A stretch of 64,000 nucleotides of DNA from Nitrosomonadales bacterium (GTDB lineage: Bacteria > Pseudomonadota > Gammaproteobacteria > Burkholderiales > Methylophilaceae), in contig JAOMCC010000001.1 in assembly GCA_028344855.1 (NCBI GenBank), forward strand, positions 1,595-65,594. The letters run 5' to 3'. The translations under genes were made by a program, and so were the position numbers. Each line of letters starts with the position of its first letter. Positions within the stretch are counted from its first letter, which is position 1. The notes under the pieces were generated by a model. That model did not search any database. It had not been told where the DNA came from and saw nothing but the letters and a program-made list of their open reading frames with translations. Of the stretch, positions 21,423 through 34,400 are shown piece after piece.

Positions 21423-22450
21423 ATATTCTTTGTTAAAACACCTATAATTTTTTCTGTTGATTTTGAAATATTTTCAGCAACATAACCACCTTCCAAAATA
21501 TACAATTCTCTATCAGATGCATATTTTTTAGCAATATTATTTAAGATAATTGCAACATTTTCGTAACCTACATCCGTAAAATTCAATTGCCCTAGCAAAT
21601 CTCCTTGATGGGAATCAAAACCAGCTGATACCAAAATAAACTCAGGTTGAAATTTATCCATCGCTGGTTTTAGTTTATTTGTAAAAGCATTTATCAACTC
21701 AATATCTCCAGCTCCTCTTGGAAGATCAATATTTAGAGTGAAACCTTTACCTTTACCACTTCCTGTTTCATTTGGTCGACCGCTTTGAGGATAGAAGGGA
21801 TGTTGATGAATATCAAAATAGAATATAGAGTCATCATTATAAAAAATATCTTGAGTACCATTACCATGGTGAACATCAAAATCTACTATTAATATACGTT
21901 TAATATCATATTTTTTTTGTAAATAACGAGCGACAATAGCTATATTATTGTAAATACAAAAACCCATTCCTTTTGAAGCTGAAGCGTGATGACCTGGAGG
22001 TCTACTTAATACAAATGCAGAAGATACTTCACCTTTCATAATTGCATCTGCACCGCTTAAACCAGCTCCAACTGCTGTTCTTGCAACTTTATTAGATTTT
22101 TTTGAAATTACAGTATCACCAGTACTTAAATATGAAATACTATTTTTTTGAAGTAAATTCACTTCTTTTTCAACTAAATCAATATAATCTTGAGTATGAA
22201 CAAGCTTAATCTCTTGTTTAGAAGCCTCTCTAACAGTAGGCCAAATCAAGTAAGGAGAAAGCAAATTATTATTTTTAAGATTATTAACAACTATTGATAA
22301 TCTTTCTGCTCTTTCTGGGTGATTTTTTCCTGTGTTATGTAATAAAAATTGATCGCTATACATAATAGCTACTTTTTTTTCATTTAAGGTTTCAGAAAAT
22401 AGAGAGGTTATTGAAAAAAATATGGTCATACCTAAAAATAAAAATTTCAT
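21413..22450 (-). CDS. Histone-deacetylase-family amidohydrolase with N-terminal signal peptide
   Basis: HPE..ERL, RPPGHHA, DFDVHHGNGT, SAGFD.H, LEGGY; hydrophobic leader. Confidence 0.93.
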   Translation of the reverse strand: MKFLFLGMTIFFSITSLFSETLNEKKVAIMYSDQFLLHNTGKNHPERAERLSIVVNNLKNNNLLSPYLIWPTVREASKQEIKLVHTQDYIDLVEKEVNLLQKNSISYLSTGDTVISKKSNKVARTAVGAGLSGADAIMKGEVSSAFVLSRPPGHHASASKGMGFCIYNNIAIVARYLQKKYDIKRILIVDFDVHHGNGTQDIFYNDDSIFYFDIHQHPFYPQSGRPNETGSGKGKGFTLNIDLPRGAGDIELINAFTNKLKPAMDKFQPEFILVSAGFDSHQGDLLGQLNFTDVGYENVAIILNNIAKKYASDRELYILEGGYVAENISKSTEKIIGVLTKNMGD

Positions 22451-22525
22451 ATCGATATTTTATATTAAGCTAACGTAATTATTCAATAATAATTATGGTA
22501 ATTTATTTGGCTTATGTTGTTTAAA

Positions 22526-23422
22526 TTAATTAATTCTCATAAGCCTAGCTTGTTCTTTTTTTATAACCTCTGTAAAAAATCGACTAACTGCTTTTACGCG
22601 GGCTAAATGGTATAAACCTTCATGCACAACCATCCAATATTCACGAGTAGCAAATATTTTTTCAGGTAGTATCGTTGTTAATTTTTTATCATCTGCCGCT
22701 ACGAAACCATGAAGTAATGCAAGACCAATTCCATCAATTACAGCTTGATATTGAGCTTGTAAAGAACTACTTCTAAACACAATATTTGCTTCATGGAGTA
22801 AATCTTGCATATATTTTAGTTGGGGAAATTCAATCAGATCGTCAATATAACTAATGAATGAATGTTGTGCTAAGTCTTTAACAGATTTTATTTTATTGTG
22901 CTTATTTATATAATTTTTACTTGCATATAATGCGAGCCTGTATTCTCCTAATTTCCATGATACTAATCTCCCTGTTGATGGTCTTGCTAAGGTAATTGCA
23001 ATATCAGCTTCACGTTTAGATAAACTAGCTGGCCTTGTATCAGCAATTAATTCAAGCTCAATGGCTGGATGAAGCTCTTTAAAGCCTTTTATATATTTAG
23101 AAATAATTCCAATCCCTAAGCCTTCAGGGACTGCCAATCTTACAGTACCAGTTAATTCAGTATCGGTTCCAGAAATAGACTGATAAATAGAATTAATTTT
23201 AGTTTCAATATTTTCTGCATGTGGAAGTAATTTATAGCCTTCGTCAGTTAAAGAATATCCTTTTGGAGATCGATCAAACAAATGAATCTCAAGCTCTTTT
23301 TCAAGTTTGTCGATGTGCCGTCCCACTGTTGTGGGCTCTACATTTAATCTTTTGCCAGCCATACTTAACTTACCCCTTCGTGCAAGTTCAAGAAAAGAAC
23401 GAAGATTATCCCAATCAAGCAT
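22526..23422 (-). CDS. LysR-family transcriptional regulator
   Basis: MLDWDNLRSFL...HTH; start at 23422 preferred over track start 23467; divergent from mmsA. Confidence 0.93.
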   Translation of the reverse strand: MLDWDNLRSFLELARRGKLSMAGKRLNVEPTTVGRHIDKLEKELEIHLFDRSPKGYSLTDEGYKLLPHAENIETKINSIYQSISGTDTELTGTVRLAVPEGLGIGIISKYIKGFKELHPAIELELIADTRPASLSKREADIAITLARPSTGRLVSWKLGEYRLALYASKNYINKHNKIKSVKDLAQHSFISYIDDLIEFPQLKYMQDLLHEANIVFRSSSLQAQYQAVIDGIGLALLHGFVAADDKKLTTILPEKIFATREYWMVVHEGLYHLARVKAVSRFFTEVIKKEQARLMRIN

Positions 23423-23458
23423 ATTTATCCCTAATAGTTTTATTTGTAAGATTTCATT

Positions 23459-23484
23459 ATAATGCAATAATGCAATAATGCATT
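23459..23484. promoter_or_regulatory. Probable LysR binding region: (ATAATGCA)x3 containing the ATGCA-N4-TGCAT dyad
   Basis: Directly visible tandem repeat and dyad between divergent lysR and mmsA. Confidence 0.5.
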
Positions 23485-23561
23485 ATGAAAACTAATATTT
23501 TAGTATTGTACTGCATAAATAAAAGTAATAATATACTTAATAAAATAATTAAAGGTAGCAA

Positions 23562-25079
23562 ATGGTTGACATTGTAAAAGAAGAAAAATCAGTAGGGCAT
23601 TTAATAAATGGTGAAATTAAATACTCTAATGGCCAAATTTTAGATGTGTATAACCCGGCAAAAGGTTCTGTAAGCAAACAAATACATGTAGCTACTAGAG
23701 ATACTCTAGAAGATGCAATTTTAACTGCTGAAGCTGCGTTCCCATTGTGGAGAGATACACCTGTTTTAAAGCGTGCGCGAATTATGTACCGATTTAAAGA
23801 ATTACTTGAAAAAAATTCTGATAGAATTTGCCAGCTTGTAGGTGAAGAGCACGGTAAAATTTCACATGACGCAATGGGTGAACTCCAAAGAGGAATAGAA
23901 AATGTAGAATATGCTTGCTCTTCTCCTGAGTTTCTTAAAGGAGAGCATAGTAAAAATGTTGGACCTTCAATAGATTGTTGGAGTGAATTTCAGCCATTGG
24001 GAGTTGTTGCTGGTATTACACCATTTAATTTTCCAGCTATGATTCCTCTTTGGATGTATCCATTAGCAATCGTTTGTGGTAATTGTTTTATACTTAAACC
24101 ATCAGAACGTGATCCAAGCTCTACGATGATGATTGCTCAATTACTTCATGAAGCTGGCCTACCAAAGGGAATTTTGAATGTCGTAAATGGCGACAAAGAT
24201 GTTGTTGATATGTTAATAGAAGATCAACGTATTCAAGCAATAAGTTTTGTTGGTTCTACTCCTATTGCAGAACATATTTACAGTAAAGCAACTGCAAATG
24301 GAAAACGATGCCAAGCATTGGGCGGCGCAAAGAATCATGCAATTATTATGCCTGATGCAGATCTTGATAATGCTGTTAATCAATTAATAGGTGCTGCTTT
24401 TGGATCAAGTGGGGAGAGATGTATGTCACTTTCAGTTGCAGTAGTAGTAGGGAATGAAGTAGGGGATTTGTTAGTATCCAAACTCCAAGACTCGATGAAA
24501 AATTTAAAAGTAGGGGAGCACACTAATTCTAGTAACGATTTTGGACCACTTATAACTAAAGAGCATCAAGATAAAGTTACTTCCTACATAAATAGTGCTG
24601 AAGAACAAGGCGCGACTATTGTTGAAGATGGCCGCAACTTTGTTGTAAAAGGCTGTGAAGATGGATTCTTTTTAGGTGGTACTTTAATTGATAATGTTAA
24701 TACAGATATGCTCTCCTATAAAGAAGAAATTTTTGGGCCTGTCCTTCAGATAGTCCGAGTCAAAACTATGCAAGAAGCCATGAATATTATAGATAATCAT
24801 GAGTATGGAAACGGAACTTGTATTTTTACTCGTGACGGGGAAGCTGCAAGGTATTTTTCAGATAATATTAAGGTTGGGATGGTTGGAATTAATATTCCTG
24901 TTCCCGTGCCTGTGGCATATCAAAGTTTTGGTGGGTGGAAACGATCAATGTTTGGTGATCTTTTTGCTTATGGGCCAGACGGCGCACGTTTTTATACACG
25001 TCGTAAAACTATTACACAAAGATGGCCATCCAATGGTGTTAGAGAGGGAAAACAATTTTCTATGCCAACAATGAAGTAG
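23562..25079 (+). CDS. mmsA: CoA-acylating (methyl)malonate-semialdehyde dehydrogenase
   Basis: ITPFNFPAM, LKPSE, FVGST, GGAKNH, GERCM, EEIFGPV, SFGGWK.S. Confidence 0.95.
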   Translation: MVDIVKEEKSVGHLINGEIKYSNGQILDVYNPAKGSVSKQIHVATRDTLEDAILTAEAAFPLWRDTPVLKRARIMYRFKELLEKNSDRICQLVGEEHGKISHDAMGELQRGIENVEYACSSPEFLKGEHSKNVGPSIDCWSEFQPLGVVAGITPFNFPAMIPLWMYPLAIVCGNCFILKPSERDPSSTMMIAQLLHEAGLPKGILNVVNGDKDVVDMLIEDQRIQAISFVGSTPIAEHIYSKATANGKRCQALGGAKNHAIIMPDADLDNAVNQLIGAAFGSSGERCMSLSVAVVVGNEVGDLLVSKLQDSMKNLKVGEHTNSSNDFGPLITKEHQDKVTSYINSAEEQGATIVEDGRNFVVKGCEDGFFLGGTLIDNVNTDMLSYKEEIFGPVLQIVRVKTMQEAMNIIDNHEYGNGTCIFTRDGEAARYFSDNIKVGMVGINIPVPVPVAYQSFGGWKRSMFGDLFAYGPDGARFYTRRKTITQRWPSNGVREGKQFSMPTMK

Positions 25080-25131
25080 AAAACATATATTTATAATTTA
25101 TTAATGAAACATTTATAGAGGAGATAATATT

Positions 25132-26016
25132 TTGAAAACATCAATCTTAAGTAGGATAATTTTTAGTTTTTTAATAATTTCAATATCAACAGTTCTTAAT
25201 GCTGCGCCAGTATTGAATAAATTATGGGAAACTAAAGCAGATTTTAAGTTACCGGAATCTGTTGTATATGATAAAAGTAATGATGTTTTGTATGTTTCTA
25301 ATATGCAGGACGATCCTTTCAAAAAAGACAAAAATGGATTTATTTCAAAAGTCGATTTAGATGGAAATATAAAAAATTTAAAATGGATTGAGGGTTTAAA
25401 TGCACCAAAAGGTCTAGCAATTTCAAAAGGTAAGCTATATGTTGGTGATGTAGATCAACTTATTGAAATAGATATTTCAAAAGGTAAAATTATTAATAAG
25501 TTCGATGCAGTTGGAGCGGCATTATTGAATGATGTGGCTGTTGATACTAAAGGTAATGTCTATGTTTCTGACACATTCACAGATACTATTTATAGGTTGA
25601 ATACTTTTGGCCAATTAACAAAGTGGCTCTATAGCCCTAAACTTCAAGCACCTAATGGTTTACACTATGAAAAAGGTCAATTGATTGTTGGTAGTTGGGG
25701 GCATCCAACTGATGGTTGGGCAGCAGCAGAAGTAGGCCATCTTAAAACTATTTCATTAAAAACTAAAAAAATTAAATCTCTTGGTAATGGAAAAGCTGTT
25801 GGCAATTTAGATGGTGTTGAATCTGATGGAAAGGACGCTTACTATGTTGCAGATTGGGTTGGAGGCAAATTACTTCATATTCAACGTAATGGACGCTTCA
25901 AAGAAGTACTTAAACTATCTCAAGGCGTTGCAGATCATGAAATTATTCATGAAAAAAATATGATTATCATACCAATGATGCTTGAAGGTAAACTAATTAC
26001 TTATAAGATTAATTAA
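25132..26016 (+). CDS. Secreted SMP-30/gluconolactonase-like beta-propeller
   Basis: Signal peptide; PESV, LNAPKG, LNDV, PNGL, LDG.E blade motifs. Confidence 0.8.
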   Translation: MKTSILSRIIFSFLIISISTVLNAAPVLNKLWETKADFKLPESVVYDKSNDVLYVSNMQDDPFKKDKNGFISKVDLDGNIKNLKWIEGLNAPKGLAISKGKLYVGDVDQLIEIDISKGKIINKFDAVGAALLNDVAVDTKGNVYVSDTFTDTIYRLNTFGQLTKWLYSPKLQAPNGLHYEKGQLIVGSWGHPTDGWAAAEVGHLKTISLKTKKIKSLGNGKAVGNLDGVESDGKDAYYVADWVGGKLLHIQRNGRFKEVLKLSQGVADHEIIHEKNMIIIPMMLEGKLITYKIN

Positions 26017-26030
26017 ATAATTTTTTTTAG

Positions 26031-26072
26031 AGACTCATGCTGTATCTGAAAAATATCAGCATGAGTTTTTTT
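26031..26072 (+). terminator. Intrinsic terminator
   Basis: ACTCATGCTG...CAGCATGAGT stem followed by a T-run. Confidence 0.75.
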
Positions 26073-26087
26073 AATGAATAAAATACT

Positions 26088-27443
26088 ATGAAAATATTTC
26101 AAGCATTAGCACGACCATTTGTGTCATTTGTTGAACGATATTATCCTGACGCATTTATATTTGTAATTGTACTTTCACTGATAACATTTTTATCAGCATT
26201 ATTTCTGACAGATTCTACTTTTAGTTCAACACTTATGGCCTGGGGTGATGGTCTGCCCATGTTGCTTAAATTTACAGCACAAATAACAATCATTATGATT
26301 GGGGCTCATGCGTTAGCCCATACTAAGCCAATTCAAAAATTTTTAACGCGTATTGGGCAGTTACCAAAATCTGCTAATCAAGCTTATTCGCTTGTAGCAT
26401 TTACTTCTGGAATTGCCAGTTTGTGTGCTTGGTCATTTGGATTAGTTATTGGAGCCATTGTTGCAAGGAGTGTTGCAAGAGAATGCTCTAAGAAATCATT
26501 TAAAATACATTATCCCTTGTTGGTCGCATCTGCCTATTCTGGTTTTGTAATTTGGCACATGGGTTATTCATCTTCAGCAGCGCTATTTGTTGCCACACCT
26601 GGGCACTTACTTGAAGATAGGATAGGAATAATCCCAGTTACCGAGACCATACTATCCTTAAATAATATAGTTCTAGCTCTAGCAGCTCTTTTAGTTATTA
26701 CTATTATTTGTCCACTTATGAGACCTAAAGATAAAGATGTAATCCAATTTAACCCTGGTCAAAATGATAATAATGAAAATAATTCTTTAAACGATAAGGA
26801 AGGCTTAACATTTATTGAAAAGTTTGAAAATCATAGAGCTTTGAATATTTTTCTTGGTCTTGCACTTGTGACCTACATTGTGATGAATTATTTGCAAAAT
26901 GGCTTCTCACTAAACCTCAATATCGTAAGTTGGACTTTTTTAGCCTTTGGTTTAATTTTAGCAAATTCACCAATGCACTTTATCAAGCTTATTAATAATG
27001 CAGCTACTACTGTTGGTCCAATTATTCTTCAATATCCATTTTACTCGGGAATCATGGGAATGATGGCGACGACTGGATTAATGAAAGTAATTACAGACTG
27101 GATTATTTCTATTTCAACTCCTGAAACACTAGGTTTTTTTGCTTTTCTATCAGGAGGTTTAGTTAATATGTTTATTCCTTCAGGAGGAGGGCAATGGGCA
27201 GTTCAAGGACCAATTATGATTGAAGCTGCTTTATCTTTAGATGTTAATCCTTCTATAGTAGTTCTAGGTGTTGCTTATGGAGACCAATGGTCTAATATGA
27301 TTCAACCATTTTGGACTATACCAATACTCGCAATTGCTGGACTTCATATGCGGCAGATCTTAGGTTACACATTTGTTATATTTATAATAACAGGCTTTCT
27401 CTATGGAGGAGGAATGCTTCATATGGGTAACGGTAACATTTAG
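26088..27443 (+). CDS. atoE: Short-chain fatty acid transporter (AtoE family)
   Basis: PDAFIF, YPLLVASAYSGF..WH.G.S.S, N.FIPSGGGQWAVQGP, QPFW.IP.L. Confidence 0.9.
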   Translation: MKIFQALARPFVSFVERYYPDAFIFVIVLSLITFLSALFLTDSTFSSTLMAWGDGLPMLLKFTAQITIIMIGAHALAHTKPIQKFLTRIGQLPKSANQAYSLVAFTSGIASLCAWSFGLVIGAIVARSVARECSKKSFKIHYPLLVASAYSGFVIWHMGYSSSAALFVATPGHLLEDRIGIIPVTETILSLNNIVLALAALLVITIICPLMRPKDKDVIQFNPGQNDNNENNSLNDKEGLTFIEKFENHRALNIFLGLALVTYIVMNYLQNGFSLNLNIVSWTFLAFGLILANSPMHFIKLINNAATTVGPIILQYPFYSGIMGMMATTGLMKVITDWIISISTPETLGFFAFLSGGLVNMFIPSGGGQWAVQGPIMIEAALSLDVNPSIVVLGVAYGDQWSNMIQPFWTIPILAIAGLHMRQILGYTFVIFIITGFLYGGGMLHMGNGNI

Positions 27444-27477
27444 AATGCTTTACTGCGAAGTGGATAGTGGATTATAT

Positions 27478-27505
27478 ACTTCGTATAATGTATATTATGT
27501 AAAAT
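27478..27505 (+). other. dif: Chromosomal dif site (XerC/XerD recombination site)
   Basis: ACTTCGTATAA-TGTATA-TTATGTAAAAT fits the 11-6-11 proteobacterial dif consensus; intergenic between convergent genes. Confidence 0.88.
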
Positions 27506-27514
27506 AGAATATCA

Positions 27515-28384
27515 CTAATTAGCTGATAATAAGTCTTTCGCACCTATTTCTTTAGCAATATCGGTTCCTAAATTAAAACTTTCTATAGCTTTTTGTTCAT
27601 CATTCTTATGTTTAAAGACTAATGACTGCTCAAGTAATGCTTTAGCCTCGTAATACCTACTTCCATTATCTTTGGCAAATCTTTCAAGTTTTTGTAAAAC
27701 ATCTAATGCACGATCTGGAGCATTATCACCTAAATGATAAGTAGATAATTTGATTTGAGCATCGGCATATTCATTATAAGCACCAACTTTACGATATGTA
27801 TTTGCGGCTTTTAAGCCATATTCTACAGCTTTACTTGATTTTTTCTTACCGTAATAAGCCATTGCTAAACCGTCATAACCCTCAGCTCTTTCATTGTCGT
27901 TAGCAGATACAACGGTAGATTTAGCAAAAAAATCTATAGCCTCCAAATAATCTTTTTTTGCGAGGTGGTTTTGCCCTAACTGATAGAGAAACCTTCGTTC
28001 CATTTGGAGGTATTTAGTATTTCCTAATTTTGCAGTTTCTAGGCCTTTTGTGAATGTTTTAGTAGAGGAACTGATTTCCCCTAAATCTCTTTCTGCAATA
28101 CCTTTATAGAGCATAGAAAACATCTGATCTACAGGTAATTTTGCGTATTCCTCACTATCTGCAAAAGCCTTTACAGCGACATCATGCATATTTGAACGGT
28201 AATAGGCTTTTCCAAGGCAAAAATGTTTATCATATTCATCTTTAATCTTTTTAGCTGCAGTTACTGCATCCAAATTATTGCCTTCTTGCATTAATTTTTC
28301 ACAATTATTGTTTGAATTATATGAATATATATTACATGAAAACAATAATATAATAATAAAACTTAAAGTATTTTCTATTTTCAT
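27515..28384 (-). CDS. Exported TPR-repeat protein
   Basis: Signal peptide; repeated helical LG..Y...A...F patterns. Confidence 0.8.
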   Translation of the reverse strand: MKIENTLSFIIILLFSCNIYSYNSNNNCEKLMQEGNNLDAVTAAKKIKDEYDKHFCLGKAYYRSNMHDVAVKAFADSEEYAKLPVDQMFSMLYKGIAERDLGEISSSTKTFTKGLETAKLGNTKYLQMERRFLYQLGQNHLAKKDYLEAIDFFAKSTVVSANDNERAEGYDGLAMAYYGKKKSSKAVEYGLKAANTYRKVGAYNEYADAQIKLSTYHLGDNAPDRALDVLQKLERFAKDNGSRYYEAKALLEQSLVFKHKNDEQKAIESFNLGTDIAKEIGAKDLLSAN

Positions 28385-28386
28385 TG

Positions 28387-31474
<3,088 letters not shown>

Positions 31475-31484
31475 ACCCTATATT

Positions 31485-34400
31485 TTAGTTTGTTACTTCC
31501 ATTTTTTCAACATCTTGTAGGTTAACTTCAACAATTCTAGATACCCCTTTTTCCACTGATGTAACGCCAATAAGTTGGTCTGACATTTCCATAGTTTGTT
31601 TTTGATGTGTTACTAGTATTATTTGCGTAGCTTCTGACATATTTTGAACAAGAGAGCAGAAATTACCCACATTTTCATCATCCAAAGGAGCATCTACTTC
31701 ATCCATAAAACAAAATGGGGCTGGATTAAGCTTAAACAAAGCAAAAACTAAAGCAATTGCGGTTAATGTTTTTTGACCCCCTGAAAGTTGAGAAATAGTA
31801 GAGTTTTTTATACCTGGTGGTTGTGCAACAATATGAAAACCAGAATCTAATATCTCCTCACCTAATAACTCTAATTTTGCTCTTCCTCCACTAAATAATT
31901 TTTTAAAGTAAAAAATAAAATTTTCATTAACCGCATCATAGGTATTTGATAATTTTTCTCTAGTTTCTATATCTATTTTACGGATGGCTTGCTCAAGAGT
32001 ATTGGAAGCTTCGATAAGATCATCCATCTGTTTTTGTAAGTAAACTTCTCTTTTTTCAATAGCTGTGAGTTCTTCAATTGCGGCAAGATTAACGGGTCCC
32101 ATTCTTTCTATTTTAGCTTTAATTTTTTGACATTTTTCTTCGATATCTTCTATTTTATCGTCCTCATTAAGTTTAGCTAATAGATCATCTTCATTGATTG
32201 AGGCTTTTTCTAATTCGGTACAACATTGTTCAAAATTAACTTTGATTTCACGTTCTTCTATTTTTAATTCTTGAAGGCTTGATTGAAGAGGTGTAAGAGA
32301 CTGTTGTTTTTCCAATCGAGAAGTTTCGATTATTTTTAAATGATCTTCTTTGGATGTTAATGTCTCTCTTATTACAGTTAAATCTTCTTCAGCTTTTTCT
32401 TTTTCTTTAATCTTTAATTTTAAATCAGCTTCAAAATTTTCGACGCTATTATCTTTTAACTGAGCAATACTTCCTTCAATTATCTTTTCTAAATCACTCT
32501 TTTCACTAATAAGGCTCTGTATTTTTTCTGTTAGGTCGTTATTCTTATTCGAATTCAATTTAATATTAAATTGAATTTCTTGTTTTAATTTATCAGATTC
32601 AAACATCTTGTTCTTCTGCTCATTAAATAATTGTTGAGATAAATTTACCTCTTCGTCAATTAAATTTAAATCTATGTTACTTTTTGAACTATATGATTGT
32701 TCTAACGTTTGAGCCTCATCTTGAACTGCACTCAATTTCTCAGCACTTAAAATTTGATGATTTTCTTCGTTGAGCTTTGCTTCCTTTTCAATTTTACTTA
32801 ATTGATCAATACTTGTTTGATATTCTTTCTTGATAGACACTTCGTTTTTTGTTAATTCATCTAACTGTTTTTTCCTTGCTAAAAGATTAATGTTTTCCCC
32901 GTTCTTTGATCTTATAACTTGATAAGTTTTGCCATAAATATCTCCATTCTTAAGAATAAGGATTTCTCCATAATTCATTTTATTCCGATCAGTAAGAATT
33001 TCTTTTTTATTGGATAGATAAACATTACTCAGCCATTCATTAACTGCTCCACTAATATGACTTTCGTTACATTTAATTACTGTCATAGCTGAAATCAATT
33101 GATCATTGAGTTTAAATTTATCTTCTAATTTGTTTTTATTAATTAGAGTTATTGTTTTTGATGGTCGATTTTCTAAAAATGTATTTGATAATTGCTCAGA
33201 CTCAAAGGCATGAATATGACCCTCAAGAAAGATTCCAAAAGCATTATCCCATCCATCTTTTATTGTAATTTGATCAAGAATTGGTTGCTGGTTTGTGACA
33301 CCAGCTTTTTTTAGCCATGATTGAATATCATCTGATTTTGTATCACTTTCGATAAAATCATTAAGTGAGCTAATTCTGACTTCTGTTTCACTTAGTTTTT
33401 TAAAATTAATATCTCTTTTATTTCTTGCTGATTCTATTTTAGCTAATGATTCTTCACGAAGTTTTTTTAAATTAGCGTCAATATCTTCTCTTGTCTTAGC
33501 GATTTTAGCTGATGATTCTTCACGTACTTTTTGAAAATTACTCTCTCTCTCACTTCTGGCCTTTTGAATCTTGGTTGTTGCAGTGTTATATTTTTCTTCT
33601 AAATCAGTATATTTATTTTTTTCATCTTGATTTGTTTTTTCATGAATTTCCAATTTTTCTGATGCAGCATTAATTATATTTTTATTCTTTTCAATTTCCT
33701 TATTTAAATTAGTCTCCAACAATAGAAGGTTTGCTATTTTTTCCTTACTATCTTTCTGAGCTTGTGTGAGTCTTTCAATATTATTTTTTATATTTGCTAA
33801 AGAATTTTCTGTATTAGAAACTTGAGCATTGATATCATAAAATTTAGATTGGAAAAGATTAATTTCATCTGCTGTTTTTGTGTAATCTTGTCGGGCAGTC
33901 TCTACTTTTAATTCTATTTCTCTTAAGTTTGCTGTAAATTGATCAAGCTCTAAGGTTTGCTCTTCTATTTTCTTTTTGATATTTTCCCAGGATTCATTAA
34001 CAACTCTTTTTTTAAGGGCCCATACTTGAGCTTGATTAAATTTTAGACTTTCTTGTTGTTTATGATAGCGATTTGCAGCTTCCGCTTGAGATTTAAGCTT
34101 AGCAGATTGTTGTTTTATTTCTTGAACTAAGTCTTGAACTCTTGATAAATTTTCTTTCGTATCTCTAAGTCTAAATTCAGTTTCTTTTCTTCTTTCTTTG
34201 TACTTACTAACACCTGCAGCTTCTTCTAAAAAACCCCTAAGCTCTTCTGGTTTGGCTTCCACTAACTGTGTAACTTTATTTTGCCCAATAATTGCATAAC
34301 CTCTACTACCTAGTCCAGTGCCTAGGAATAAATCTGCAACATCTTTACGTCTTACAACTGTATTGTTAATTAAATAATTAGAGCCTTTATCTTTCTCTAT

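Noticed and set aside
27478-27493. loxP-like sequence ACTTCGTATAATGTAT
   Set aside because: Only the left part matches loxP; the right arm is TTATGTAAAAT (XerD type), so it is dif and not an engineered scar.
33541-33551. (CT)5 microsatellite in smc as a phase-variation tract
   Set aside because: Short, in-frame Glu/Arg/Ser codons in a core gene.
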